In this document: positions 21,430 to 32,977 of the stretch, piece after piece | Layout: each line of letters starts with the position of its first letter | Numbering within the stretch: position 1 is the first letter of the stretch | Origin: an uncultured cyanobacterium | Lineage (GTDB): Bacteria; Cyanobacteriota; Cyanobacteriia; PCC-6307; Cyanobiaceae | Assembly (NCBI GenBank): GCA_963697335.1 | Contig: CAVONQ010000018.1 | Location: 256,001 to 320,000 of the forward strand | Direction of reading: 5' to 3' | DNA length: 64,000 nucleotides | Notes under the pieces: generated by a model | The model's input: the letters and a program-made list of their open reading frames with translations, nothing else | The model's database searches: none | What the model was told of the DNA's origin: nothing | Position numbers and translations under genes: made by a program

Positions 21430-22169
21430 CCAATCTCCAGGCTGCGCGAGCCCCTCAGGATCAGCTCCTGCGCCAGCGCTTGCTGCTGGGTGTGCCGATC
21501 GGCCTGGGGGTGCTGATGGCCTCGGTGCTCACCGCTGGATTGCTGGTGCCCACGCTGTTGCGTCTGCGGTCCGATTCCCAGCGGCTCGCCGATCTGCAGG
21601 CCCTGGAGCAGCGGCTGCCGCTGCTGCGCCGTCAGCTCGACCAGACCACCCTGGACCAGGAGAAGGCTGAGCGGCAGCAGCGCAAGCTCCTGGCCCTGAT
21701 TCAGGGCAGCGGTGAGTTCCTCACGTTTCTGAGCCAGATCGAGCGCGAGGCCATCCGCAACGGCGTCCAGATCGAGCTCTACGAGCCGGTGGCGAGCCGG
21801 GCTGCGCCCACACCGGCTGGCCAGGCTGAAGGAGGGCAACCTGAGCCTGGACAGCAACAGCAGCCCCCGCCCTCAACCTCGCCGCTTGAGCAGGCTGGTC
21901 TGAAAGCTGAGCAGGTGTTGCTCAGCGCCCGGGGAAGCTATCCGCGGTTGCTGGGTTTTCTTCGGGCTGTGGAGAAGCTGAGCCTGCTGGCCATCCCCAG
22001 CAACTTCAGGATGGTTCTGGTGAATCCAGCCGCAGCTACGGGGGCAACCCAGCAGGGCCGGCCCCCGCTCGGAACGCCAGCGGTGCCCGAGCTCAAGCTG
22101 TTGCTCACTTACTACACCGTTCCCGAGGGTGGCTTGAAACCTCAGCCTGCTGCACCAGCAGGGGAGTAA
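21426..22169 (+). CDS. pilO: PilO-like protein
   Basis: TM plus coiled coil, GSYPRLLGFLRAVEKL; ATGA overlap with pilN. Confidence 0.75.
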   Translation: MTNLQAARAPQDQLLRQRLLLGVPIGLGVLMASVLTAGLLVPTLLRLRSDSQRLADLQALEQRLPLLRRQLDQTTLDQEKAERQQRKLLALIQGSGEFLTFLSQIEREAIRNGVQIELYEPVASRAAPTPAGQAEGGQPEPGQQQQPPPSTSPLEQAGLKAEQVLLSARGSYPRLLGFLRAVEKLSLLAIPSNFRMVLVNPAAATGATQQGRPPLGTPAVPELKLLLTYYTVPEGGLKPQPAAPAGE

Positions 22170-22403
22170 CATGCTGGGGCCATGAAGGTAGTTGAGACTG
22201 GTGGCGCCACCGACCCCATGGCAAAAGCCATGCATTCCGATGCGCCGGCGCTACAGACCAGCCCCCTTGATCGGGTGTTCAACGAGAGAGAGCCCTGGCC
22301 TGGCTCCGACAGGCTGGCCTGCGATGGATGGTCCCCGTTGATGTAGGGAAAGCGACGGGAATCGATCGCCACTGTGCGTAGGGTCAACTTCCTCTGAGCT
22401 GCC

Positions 22404-24896
22404 TTGGCGATGGGCGCGCTGCGTGGTCTGCGGACTGGGCATCGAACGAGTGGGTTCTTGCCGCCCATCGCGATCACCGCTGCTGTGCTCTCGCCACTGC
22501 CGCTTGAGTCGCTGGCCCGTTCTGCGCCGAGAGTGCCATTGGCAGAAAGCCAGGTTGCGGGCGGGCAGGTGACCGGCGCGGTTCAGCTCAAGGTGCGCCG
22601 CCTGCCCGACAGCGTGGAACTGGTGATCGAGGGCACCGGCATCTCGCCCCAGTTGCAACAGAGTTCCGATGGCCCCGGCTGGCAGGGACGGCTGTTCACC
22701 GCTGAGCCCTCGGCGCTGATGGTGGGGCCCCAGCGCCTGTCGCTACCGGAGGTGGGTTTCCAGAGCATCAGCTTCGATGGCGGGGGCACCACGTTTGCGA
22801 TCAGCGTCACCCCCATGCCCGGGGTCAGCCTGGGCCGGCCCGTGGTGAGTGCCGATGGGCGCTCTTTAATCCTCTCCTTTCCCTCACCGGTGCCCCAGGC
22901 CTCGCTGCAGGTCAACAGCTTCAACCTGGCCCGCCCCGGCGCCGTGCCCCTGCCCACCTATGCGCCGCCGCTGCAGCCGAGGGCCGTGGCTCCTCCCTTG
23001 GGCGACATGGCCGTGGGCACCATGACCCTGCGCAATCCCGGCTTCGTGAATGTCTCCGGTCCACCGGTGACCATGACCCTCAAGAACGCGCCGGCCCGCG
23101 ATGCGCTGATGGCCTTGGCCAGCCTGGGGGGCTATGGCTTTGCCTATGTCGATGAGCCGCCCGCCGAAGCGGCGCCCGCTGGTGTATCGCTCAACCAGAA
23201 CAAGCGGCCCCTGTCGATTGCCTTCCGGGGCGAGACCTATGCCCGCGCCCTCAACACCACCCTGCTGGCGGCAGGCCTGCAGGGCAAGCTTGAGGGCAAC
23301 ATGATCCTGGCTGGTCCGAATGCCCTGTCGAAGGGCTTCGGAGCCCAGGTGTCGAAGGTGTATCGACTCAACCAGGTGGGCCCCAATGCCGCGGCGGATT
23401 ACCTGGCGAACCTGGGGGCCACGGTCACCAAGACCAACACCGTGACCACCTCGGTCACCCAGGGCGTCACCCAGGCCGAGGCGATCGCCTCGGCCCCCAA
23501 CGCCCAGACCACCCAGGCGAGTTCCATCACCACCGTGGAAGCCTTTGGGGCGACCACCGGCCCCCTGATCGGCCTGCGAGCCACCACCGACACCCGGCTC
23601 GGCACGATCACCATGGTGGGCGACCCATCAGTGGTGGCCATTGGTGAGCAGTACCTCAGACAGCTGGATCTCAGGCAACGGCAGGTTGCCTTGAATGTGC
23701 GGATTCTCGATGTCAATCTCGAGAATGATGCCTCGATTGACAACTCTTTTGCATTCCGATTCGGCAATAATTTCATTGTCAATGACAATGGCCAGCTGCT
23801 GGGGGCCTTCGGTCGTTTCCTCCCTCCTGGGGAAGCCGCGTTCACTCAGACCGAAACCCTCACCCGCAGCTCCTCCAACACGCTTACCGTCACGAGAGGA
23901 TTGAACAGGAACCTCGCCAACAGCCAGCTGAGGGAGCTCAATCGGGCGCTCTCCAGGGAAACCGGCTCGCGTCTGGTGGAGCAGGACGGGCAGTTCATCG
24001 TGGAGCCGATCAACGATTCCACCAACCTCAGCTCTGACTCTCTGCAGAGAAGTGTCAACAGGGTGCTCTCCCGCACGCTGGGGCGCAATGTGGAAACGTC
24101 CAATGCCTCTTCTTCGAATTTCACCGGTGCCAGGAGGGTGAACCCCGGCTCCAATTATCCTGCGGACACGTTCTTTGATTTTGTACGGGCCCAGATTGTT
24201 TCGGGGTCCACCAAGCTGCTGGCCAGTCCTACCCTGATCCTGCAGGAGAATCCTTCCTTGCTCAGGGATGGAAGCGAAACCTTCAGCGGCACGAATTCAA
24301 GCGATGTGCAGCAAGGCATTCGAGAATTTGGCGTGGATTCACCGATTGGCCGTCGCCGGGCCAATGAAGGTGTGGTGAGAGTAGGCACCAACGTGGTGAC
24401 CAGCTACGAGACGGAAACCCCCGCCCAGGGCGGCAATGTGGTGTGCACCCCGGAGCTGGCGACCGCAGGGCTGGTGCTGGGAGCACGGGTGGAGAAGATC
24501 GATGACAACGGCTTCATCACGTTTGTGTTGTCGCCGAGTGTCTCGGCAGTGACCCGCCAAGAGCCGGCCCCGCAGGGCTGCGGCTCAGACCTCAACATTC
24601 TCAGCATCCGAAGCCTGGATACTGGCGCCTTGCGGGTTCGTGACGGCCAGACACTCATCCTCACGGGTGTGATTTCAGACTTTGATCGCTCCGTGGTGAG
24701 CAAGTGGCCCATTCTGGGTGATATTCCTTTGATCGGTCAGTTCTTCCGAAGCTCCGGTAATCAAAAAGAAAAACGGGAGCTCGTGATTATGGTGACGCCA
24801 AGAATAATCAATGATGACATGGGTGGCAGCTTCGGTTACGGCTATCAGCCCGGCACCCGCCAGGGTCGTGAATTCCTCGGCCACGGAGGCTTTTAG
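22404..24896 (+). CDS. pilQ: Secretin (PilQ/GspD family)
   Basis: PRAVAPPLGDMAVG, LDLRQRQVAL, LASPTL, VRDGQTLILTGVI, KWPILGDIPLIGQFFR, ELVIMVTPRI; start uncertain. Confidence 0.9.
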   Translation: MAMGALRGLRTGHRTSGFLPPIAITAAVLSPLPLESLARSAPRVPLAESQVAGGQVTGAVQLKVRRLPDSVELVIEGTGISPQLQQSSDGPGWQGRLFTAEPSALMVGPQRLSLPEVGFQSISFDGGGTTFAISVTPMPGVSLGRPVVSADGRSLILSFPSPVPQASLQVNSFNLARPGAVPLPTYAPPLQPRAVAPPLGDMAVGTMTLRNPGFVNVSGPPVTMTLKNAPARDALMALASLGGYGFAYVDEPPAEAAPAGVSLNQNKRPLSIAFRGETYARALNTTLLAAGLQGKLEGNMILAGPNALSKGFGAQVSKVYRLNQVGPNAAADYLANLGATVTKTNTVTTSVTQGVTQAEAIASAPNAQTTQASSITTVEAFGATTGPLIGLRATTDTRLGTITMVGDPSVVAIGEQYLRQLDLRQRQVALNVRILDVNLENDASIDNSFAFRFGNNFIVNDNGQLLGAFGRFLPPGEAAFTQTETLTRSSSNTLTVTRGLNRNLANSQLRELNRALSRETGSRLVEQDGQFIVEPINDSTNLSSDSLQRSVNRVLSRTLGRNVETSNASSSNFTGARRVNPGSNYPADTFFDFVRAQIVSGSTKLLASPTLILQENPSLLRDGSETFSGTNSSDVQQGIREFGVDSPIGRRRANEGVVRVGTNVVTSYETETPAQGGNVVCTPELATAGLVLGARVEKIDDNGFITFVLSPSVSAVTRQEPAPQGCGSDLNILSIRSLDTGALRVRDGQTLILTGVISDFDRSVVSKWPILGDIPLIGQFFRSSGNQKEKRELVIMVTPRIINDDMGGSFGYGYQPGTRQGREFLGHGGF

Positions 24897-24997
24897 TGAC
24901 CTGCACAAAGTCCCGGTTGCCCGTGACCTGTGCGGAGCTCCGTGTGGTGCATTCCGTTCAGAGAGCGGCGCGCTCTCGCTTCTGACTTCCCCCTGCC

Positions 24998-25726
24998 ATG
25001 GCGCCATCCTCCTCGACGCAACCCTCCTCGACGCAACCCTCCACTAGTCCGCCGGATGTTGACGCTGCGACAGTGCTGTTTCTGGAGCAGGAGTTGGAGC
25101 GGGCCAAGGCGGAATTGGCGGAGTACCAGGTTCTGATGAATGAGGTTCCTTGCATCTATGAAGCCAAATATCGCCAGGAGTTGACTAGTCAATTGATGGA
25201 AATCCGTCGGCTCCTGGAGGAGCGCCGCAGCCTTCAGCAGCAGCTGTCCATGGCGCTGCAGTCCCGCCTCGAAAACCCTGCTCTGCCTGCGGGAGTGTCT
25301 GCGCCAGAGCCCGAGGCTGCGGCGGATCCTGTTCAGCCCAGGACCGATCGGCCCACTCCCAGGCGCCTCCGCCCTTGGCGTTTGCGGCGTTGGCGCCTCG
25401 GCCTGGCACGGCGCTTCGGCGCCCCGGCCCGCCGGCTTGCGCAACAGAGCGGGTTGCCGCTGCTGACCATCGGCACGGCGACTGCGGTAGCCCTGCTGCT
25501 GGTGGGCGCCGATGCCCTTGGGCCCAGGGGTCAGGACTCCCGGGGGTCAAGCCCACCTGAAGTTGGCCAAACGGAGGCCAGGACGGAGAGCCAGGGGCAG
25601 GCCAAGCTGGAATGCCCGTTGCCCGGCCAGTAAGGGCTGAGGGCCGCGGGTCCTTGCTGGGTGGAGGTACGGACAGCCAGCGGCAAGGTTGTTCCTGTGG
25701 AGCAGCTCAAGAAGGGCGAGCACTGA
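24998..25726 (+). pseudogene. Coiled-coil/TM protein with a degraded C-terminal DUF4115 (RodZ-C-like) domain; in-frame stop at 25631-25633
   Basis: Reading past TAA in frame gives GLRAAGPCWVEVRTASGKVVPVEQLKKGEH*, resembling the W.EV...GK...L..GE pattern. Confidence 0.55.
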
Positions 25727-25749
25727 ACTCTGCCCCGTCCAGTCAGCGC

Positions 25750-25912
25750 GCTCCCTGCCAAGGGTTGCATGGGGGCCAGGCAGGCGAACAGCGCATTCTT
25801 CAAGAACTCCTCTCTGAATCGGCCGTGGAAGGATTTCACGCCATGGTTCTCCCAGGCAGAGCCTGGTTGGATGGAGGCCGTCGAGCGCTGAGGGCAAAGA
25901 AACCCCTGGCGT
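25750..25912 (-). mobile_element. IS3-family transposase remnant (integrase-core C-terminal part)
   Basis: Minus strand STASIQPGSAWENHGVKSFHGRFREEFLKNALF matches the IS3 pattern YI.PG.PWENG..ESF.GRFRDE.LN.E.F. Confidence 0.8.
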
Positions 25913-25940
25913 AGCGTCAGCCCATTCCAACCGGATTCCC

Positions 25941-27320
25941 TTGGCAGCGCAGCTCCCCCGTCGCATCTGCTGCATCGGCGCGGGCTACGTGGGCGGTCCC
26001 ACCATGGCCGTGATCGCCGATCGCTGCCCCCAGCTCGACGTGACCGTGGTGGACCTCAACGCCGAGCGCATCGCCCTCTGGAACCACGCTGACCTCAGCC
26101 AGCTGCCGGTCTATGAGCCCGGCCTCGACGCCGTGGTGGCCCGCTGCCGCGGCCGCAATCTGCACTTCAGCACCGCCGTGGAGGAGGCCATCGCCGCCGC
26201 CGACATGGTTTTCCTCTCCGTCAACACCCCCACCAAGACCAGGGGGCTGGGCGCCGGCCAGGCCAGTGATCTCAAGTGGATCGAGGCCAGTGCCCGTACG
26301 GTGGCCAAGGCGGCCCGTGGCCACACGATCGTGGTGGAGAAGAGCACCCTGCCGGTGCGCACCGCCGAGGCCGTCAAGGCGATCCTCGGCTGCGCCGAGC
26401 CCGGCCAGAGCTTCGCGGTGCTCTCCAACCCCGAATTCCTCGCCGAGGGCACGGCCGTGGCCGATCTCGAGGCCCCTGATCGGGTGCTGATCGGCGGTGA
26501 GGCCCCCGAGGCCATCGAGGCCCTCGCCGCCATCTACGCCCACTGGGTGCCCCAGGAGCGCATCCTGCGCACCAACATCTGGAGCAGCGAACTCGGCAAG
26601 CTCGCCGCCAATGCCTTCCTCGCCCAGCGGGTCAGCTCGATCAACAGCATCGCCGCCTTCTGCGAGGCCAGCGGCGCCGACGTGAACGAGGTGGCCCGGG
26701 CCATCGGCAGCGACAGCCGCATCGGAGCCAAGTTCCTCAAGGCCGGCCCGGGCTTCGGGGGGAGCTGCTTCCAGAAGGACATCCTCAACCTGGTGTACCT
26801 CTGCCGCCACTACGGCCTCGAGGAGGTGGCCGGCTACTGGGAGCAGGTGGTGAGCCTCAACACCTGGCAGCAGCACCGCATCGCCCGCCTGGTGGTGCAA
26901 CGCCTGTTCGGCACCGTGACGGGCAAGCGCCTGGTGCTGCTCGGCTTTGCCTTCAAGGCCGACACCAACGACACCCGCGCCTCACCCGCCATCCAGATCG
27001 CCCGCGACCTGATCGAGGAGGGTGCCCAACTGCAGATCCTCGATCCCAAGGTGAGCCCGGCCCAGATCGAGGCCGACCTCGGCCAGCCCCCCGGCGAGGG
27101 CGAGGCCAGCTGGGCCCCCTGTGCCTCCCTGGAGCAGGGTGCTGCCGGGGCCGACGCCCTGCTGCTGCTCACCGAATGGCAGCAGTTCAGCCAGATCAAC
27201 TGGGCGGCCACAGCCGCCCTGATGCGCCGGCCCGCCTGGCTGTTTGATGCCCGCGGCAGCGCCGATCAGCAGGCCGCCCGCGCCGCCGGGCTCAGCGTCT
27301 GGCGCGTGGGGGAGGGTTGA
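25941..27320 (+). CDS. ugd: UDP-glucose 6-dehydrogenase
   Basis: [45 protein letters not shown]. Confidence 0.96.
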   Translation: MAAQLPRRICCIGAGYVGGPTMAVIADRCPQLDVTVVDLNAERIALWNHADLSQLPVYEPGLDAVVARCRGRNLHFSTAVEEAIAAADMVFLSVNTPTKTRGLGAGQASDLKWIEASARTVAKAARGHTIVVEKSTLPVRTAEAVKAILGCAEPGQSFAVLSNPEFLAEGTAVADLEAPDRVLIGGEAPEAIEALAAIYAHWVPQERILRTNIWSSELGKLAANAFLAQRVSSINSIAAFCEASGADVNEVARAIGSDSRIGAKFLKAGPGFGGSCFQKDILNLVYLCRHYGLEEVAGYWEQVVSLNTWQQHRIARLVVQRLFGTVTGKRLVLLGFAFKADTNDTRASPAIQIARDLIEEGAQLQILDPKVSPAQIEADLGQPPGEGEASWAPCASLEQGAAGADALLLLTEWQQFSQINWAATAALMRRPAWLFDARGSADQQAARAAGLSVWRVGEG

Positions 27321-27324
27321 GTCG

Positions 27325-28275
<951 letters not shown>

Positions 28276-28279
<4 letters not shown>

Positions 28280-29355
28280 CCACGGCCGTACTGGTGACAG
28301 GAGCGGCTGGCTTCGTCGGCGAGGCGCTCTGCGAGCGCCTGCTGGCGCGGGGGGAGCAGGTGGTGGGCCTCGACAACCTGAATCCTTACTACGACCCCAG
28401 CCTGAAGCGGGCCCGCCTGGCGCGGCTTGAGCCGTTTGCCGCCTCGGGGGCCTGGCGCTTCGTGGCTGGGGCCATCGAGGACGCTGACCTTGTGAGCACC
28501 CTGTTCGAGCAGGAGCGCTTTGGCCGGGTGGTGCATCTGGCTGCCCAGGCCGGGGTGCGCTACTCGATCACCAACCCGGCGGCCTATATCGAGAGCAATA
28601 TGGTGGGTTTCTCCCGGGTGCTGGAGGCCTGCCGAGCCCAGCAGGTGACCCACCTGGTGTATGCCTCCAGCAGCTCGGTGTATGGCGGCAACACCCAGCT
28701 TCCCTTCACGGAATCCCAGCCGGTGAACCACCCGGTGAGCCTCTACGCCGCCACCAAGAAGGCCAATGAACTGATGGCCCACAGCTACAGCCATCTCTAC
28801 GGGCTGCCGGCCACGGGGCTGCGCCTGTTCACCGTGTACGGGCCCTGGGGACGGCCGGACATGGCGCCGATGCTGTTCGCCCGGGCGATCCTGGCCGGGG
28901 AGCCGATCCGGGTGTTCAACCACGGCGCCATGTGGCGCGACTTCACCTACATCGACGACATCGTGGAGGGGCTGGTGCGGTGCCTCGATCAACCCGCCAC
29001 GCCCGATCCGCAGTTCGATCCGGCCGCTCCCGATCCCGCCACCAGCTGGGCGCCGCACCGCCTGTTCAACCTGGGCAACAGTGAGCCGGTGGAGCTGCTG
29101 CGCTTCATCGGGGTGCTGGAGGCGGCGCTGGACCGCCGGGCCGTGCTCGATCTCCAGCCCATGCAGCCCGGCGACGTGCCGGCCACGGCGGCCGACACCT
29201 CCCGGTTGCAGGCCTGGGCGGGCTTCAGGCCTGCAACCAGCCTGGAGCAGGGAGTGGAGCGTTTCGCCCGCTGGTATCTGGATTATCACGGCTCCGGGCA
29301 GGCCCAGGACGCTGCAGTGCGGCTTCGCCAGGCAGACTCGGCTCCCTTCGCCTGA
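28276..29355 (+). CDS. UDP-glucuronate 4-epimerase (NAD-dependent epimerase)
   Basis: [55 protein letters not shown]. Confidence 0.92.
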
Positions 29356-29362
29356 ATCGGGA

Positions 29363-30646
29363 TTGGCTTCGCTGCAGAGCCTGCGCGGCATGGTGGATCT
29401 GCTGCCCGGGGCCACCGCCCTCTGGCAGCACGTGGAAGGTCGGGCCGCGGAGCACTTCCGCCGCGCCGCCATCCAGGAGATCCGCACGCCGCTGCTGGAG
29501 GTGACGGAGCTGTTCGCCCGCGGCATCGGTGAGGCCACCGACGTGGTGGGCAAGGAGATGTACTCCTTCGTGGATCGGGGCGAGCGCAGCTGCACCCTGC
29601 GGCCCGAGGGCACGGCGTCGGTGGTGCGGGCCGTGCTGCAGCACGGGCTGCTCAGCCAGGGGCCCCAGCGGCTCTGGTACGGCGGGCCGATGTTCCGCTA
29701 CGAGCGCCCCCAGGCCGGCCGCCAGCGCCAGTTCCATCAGATCGGCCTGGAGCTGCTCGGCTTTGCCGAGCCCCGCGCCGATGTGGAGGCCATCGCGGTG
29801 GCCTGGGATCTGCTGGCTGACCTGGGGGTGGGAGGTCTGGCGCTCGAACTCAACAGCCTGGGCAGCCCGGAAGACCGCGCCGGCTACCGCCAGCGGCTGG
29901 TGGCCTGGCTGGAGGAGCGCCGTTCCCAGCTCGACCCCGAGTCCCAGGCTCGCCTCCAGACCAACCCCCTGCGGGTGCTGGATTCCAAGCACCCCGACAC
30001 CCAGGCGCTGCTGGCCGACGCGCCCAGCCTGCTGGAGAGCCTCTGCGGGGCCAGCCGCGAGCGCTTCGAGGCGGTGCAGGCCGGCCTGGCGGCGCTGGCC
30101 ATCCCGGTGCAGCTCAATCCCCGCCTGGTGCGGGGCCTCGACTACTACAGCCACACGGCCTTCGAGATCACCAGCGATCAGCTCGGGGCCCAGGCCACCG
30201 TCTGCGGTGGCGGCCGCTACGACGGCCTGGTGCAACAGCTGGGCGGCCCGGCCACACCGGCCATCGGCTGGGCGATGGGGATGGAGCGGCTGGTGCTGCT
30301 GCTCAGCCGCTCCGCCGCCGCGGGCCTGCCCAGCCAGCCGCCGCCGGATCTCTATGTGGTGAGTCGCGGCGCTGAGGCCGAAGCCCAGGCCCTGCCGCTG
30401 GCGCGGCTCTGCCGCCGGGCCGGGCTGGTGGTGGAGATCGATCCCAGCGGAGCCGCCTTCGCCAAGCAGTTCAAGCGGGCGGATCGCTCCGGCGCCGCCT
30501 GGGCTGCGGTGATCGGTGAGGAGGAGGCCAGCGCCGGCGTGGTGCTGCTGCGCGAGCTACGCCACAGAACAGCGGAGGCCGCCCCTGGCGCCAGCGCCGA
30601 TCAGCGGCTCACTCCCGAGCAGCTCGCGGCACTGCTGGCCCGATGA
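29363..30646 (+). CDS. hisS: Histidine--tRNA ligase
   Basis: [53 protein letters not shown]. Confidence 0.98.
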   Translation: MASLQSLRGMVDLLPGATALWQHVEGRAAEHFRRAAIQEIRTPLLEVTELFARGIGEATDVVGKEMYSFVDRGERSCTLRPEGTASVVRAVLQHGLLSQGPQRLWYGGPMFRYERPQAGRQRQFHQIGLELLGFAEPRADVEAIAVAWDLLADLGVGGLALELNSLGSPEDRAGYRQRLVAWLEERRSQLDPESQARLQTNPLRVLDSKHPDTQALLADAPSLLESLCGASRERFEAVQAGLAALAIPVQLNPRLVRGLDYYSHTAFEITSDQLGAQATVCGGGRYDGLVQQLGGPATPAIGWAMGMERLVLLLSRSAAAGLPSQPPPDLYVVSRGAEAEAQALPLARLCRRAGLVVEIDPSGAAFAKQFKRADRSGAAWAAVIGEEEASAGVVLLRELRHRTAEAAPGASADQRLTPEQLAALLAR

Positions 30647-30738
30647 CGACTGAGGACGTGTCCACTCCAGGCGGTCAGTGACCACGTCCTGGCAGTTGAC
30701 TGCCGCCAACCACGACTGGACTGTGACCGCCGGCCTAG

Positions 30739-31569
30739 ATGGGTGACTCGACCCTCGCGATCATTGCCGGTGCCGGCGTGCTTCCCAGGATGCTCTCGCA
30801 GGCCCTGAGAGCTTCTGGGCGGCCTCACCTGGTCTGCCGCCCCCATGGCCTGGAGGTGGAGCTGGAGGACGCTGAGGAGTTCTACTTCGAGCGCTCGATC
30901 TCCTTCTTCCGCTCGCTCGAGAAGCGCGGCATCCGCCAGGTGGTGATGGTGGGCAAGTTCCACCGGCCCCGGGCCCTCAACATCATGCGGTTCGAGGGCT
31001 CCACCCTGATGGCGGCGCCGCGCATCCTGGCCTCGCTGCGCAAGGGCGACGACGCCTCCCTGCGTTCCCTGGCGGAGATCATCGAGGAGCTCGGGCTGGA
31101 GGTGGTGGGGGTGGAGGACGTGGCCCCCAATCTGTTGCCTGAGCCCGGCGTCTATGCCAGCCGCCTGCCCACGGAGATGGATCGGGCCGATGTGGAGCGC
31201 GCCGCCCAGATCGTGGAGGCGATTTCGATGGTGGATGTGGGCCAGGGCGCCGTGGTGGCGGGGGGCCTCTGCCTGGCCACCGAAGCCCTGCCGGGCACCG
31301 ACGCCATGCTCGAGTGGGTGGCCAGCAGCCGGGCGCTGCCGCCGGAGGCGCCCCGTTCCGGTGTGCTCTACAAGGCCCCCAAGCTGCAGCAGGACCGCCG
31401 CATGGACCTGCCAGCCATCGGCCCCACCACGGTGGCGAAGGCGGCGGCGGCCGGGCTCTCCGGCATCGCCTGGGAGGCCCGCGGCGCCCTGCTGCTCGAT
31501 GCCGAGCGCACCATGGCCGATGCCGAGCGTCTGGGGCTGTTCCTGTGGTCGCGCCAGCAGATCCGCTGA
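30739..31569 (+). CDS. lpxI: UDP-2,3-diacylglucosamine pyrophosphatase LpxI (DUF1009)
   Basis: IIAGAGVLP, GDDASL, DVGQGAVV, EALPGTDAML, KAPKLQQDRRMDLPAIGPTT. Confidence 0.9.
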   Translation: MGDSTLAIIAGAGVLPRMLSQALRASGRPHLVCRPHGLEVELEDAEEFYFERSISFFRSLEKRGIRQVVMVGKFHRPRALNIMRFEGSTLMAAPRILASLRKGDDASLRSLAEIIEELGLEVVGVEDVAPNLLPEPGVYASRLPTEMDRADVERAAQIVEAISMVDVGQGAVVAGGLCLATEALPGTDAMLEWVASSRALPPEAPRSGVLYKAPKLQQDRRMDLPAIGPTTVAKAAAAGLSGIAWEARGALLLDAERTMADAERLGLFLWSRQQIR

Positions 31570-31610
31570 GGCGTTGAGGCCCTCCCAGCCCCGGGCCGGC
31601 CCACCCTGTG

Positions 31611-32258
31611 TCAGGCCGCGCCGGCCCGCTCCAGCACCCCCTTGCTGCTGGGGATGGCGCCGGCGCGGCGCGGGTCGATCTCCGTGGCCAGCCGCAGCGC
31701 CCGGGCGAAGGCCTTGAAGCAGGCTTCCACGATGTGGTGCGAGTTGGAGCCCGCCAGCTGGCGGATGTGCAGGGTGAGGCCGGAGTTGTTCACCACCGCC
31801 ACGAAGAACTCCTTCACCAGTTCGGTGTCGTAGCTGCCGATCCGCTGGGCCGGGATCTCCAGGCCATAGCTGAGGTGGGGCCGGCCGGAGCAGTCGAGGG
31901 CCACCTGCACCAGGGCCTCGTCGAGGGGCGCCACGAAGTGGCCGAAGCGCTGGATGCCGCGCCGGTCCCCCAGGGCCTGGGCCAGGGCCTGGCCCACGGC
32001 GATGCCCACGTCCTCATTGGTGTGGTGATCATCGATGTGGGTGTCGCCGTCGGCGCTGATCTCCAGATCCAGCAGGCCATGGCTGGCCAGCTGGTGGAGC
32101 ATGTGGTCGAGGAAGGGCACGCCGGTGCTCACCTGGCAGAGGCCGCTGCCATCGAGGCCCAGCCGCACGCGCACGTCGGTTTCGCCGGTGAGCCGGTGCA
32201 CCGTGCCGCTGCGGCCGCCGCCGGGGCCATCGTGGTTGAGGTCCGGAAGGGAGGACAC
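31611..32258 (-). CDS. hisB: Imidazoleglycerol-phosphate dehydratase
   Basis: [43 protein letters not shown]; start approximate. Confidence 0.97.
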   Translation of the reverse strand: MSSLPDLNHDGPGGGRSGTVHRLTGETDVRVRLGLDGSGLCQVSTGVPFLDHMLHQLASHGLLDLEISADGDTHIDDHHTNEDVGIAVGQALAQALGDRRGIQRFGHFVAPLDEALVQVALDCSGRPHLSYGLEIPAQRIGSYDTELVKEFFVAVVNNSGLTLHIRQLAGSNSHHIVEACFKAFARALRLATEIDPRRAGAIPSSKGVLERAGAA

Positions 32259-32344
32259 GGGCCAAAGGGGCGGGACTGTACCAATCATGCCGAAGTCGAT
32301 GACCGGTATCCGTCCACAATCACGCCCACCGCCCCAGCCGCCCC

Positions 32345-32965
32345 TTGACCAACTCTCCCCAGGTGGTGCTCGCCGAGCTGCGCGCGGGCCATCGGCGCTT
32401 CCTGGATGGTGAATCGCTCCATCCCCACAGCAGCCGCGAGCGCATGCTCGAGGTGGAATCGGGTCAGCACCCCACCGCGGCCGTGCTGGGCTGCGCCGAC
32501 TCGCGGGTGCCCGTGGAGCTGCTGTTCGACACGGGATTCGGCGACCTGTTCGTGGTGCGCAACGCCGGCACCCTCTCCACCACCGCCGCCATCGCCTCGC
32601 TGGAGTACGCCGTGGCCCATCTGGGCGTGCCGGTGATCGTGGTGCTGGGCCATGAACGCTGCGGCGCCGTGGAGGCGGCCCTGAACCCGGCGCTCACGCT
32701 CACACCGAGCCTGGCCCAGCTGGTGGGCCAGCTGCGCATGGAGCTGATCAACCTCGGCGGCCACCACGACCTGGATCAGGCCTCCCGCCACCACACCCTC
32801 AACGCCGCCCGCAACCTGGTGGATTCCAGCGTGCTGCTCACCGACCTGTTGCGCTCCGGCCGCCTCAGCGTGGAAGCGGCCTTCTACAACCTGCACACCA
32901 CCACGATCGACTGGATGGGGGCGGTGATGCCGATGCGCACGGAGCAGTTCCTCAGCACCCCCTGA
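32345..32965 (+). CDS. Beta-class carbonic anhydrase
   Basis: GQHP, CADSRVP, FVVRNAG, SLEYAV, GHERCGA (Cys/His/Cys Zn ligands). Confidence 0.93.
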   Translation: MTNSPQVVLAELRAGHRRFLDGESLHPHSSRERMLEVESGQHPTAAVLGCADSRVPVELLFDTGFGDLFVVRNAGTLSTTAAIASLEYAVAHLGVPVIVVLGHERCGAVEAALNPALTLTPSLAQLVGQLRMELINLGGHHDLDQASRHHTLNAARNLVDSSVLLTDLLRSGRLSVEAAFYNLHTTTIDWMGAVMPMRTEQFLSTP

Positions 32966-32977
32966 AGGGGCAGGTGA

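Noticed and set aside
22182..22346. 54-codon ORF between pilO and pilQ as a possible pilP
   Set aside because: No lipobox or recognisable motif; probably intergenic.
25007..25042. 15-bp tandem repeat (CCTCCTCGACGCAAC, about 2.4 copies)
   Set aside because: In-frame low-complexity SSTQP repeat without spacers.
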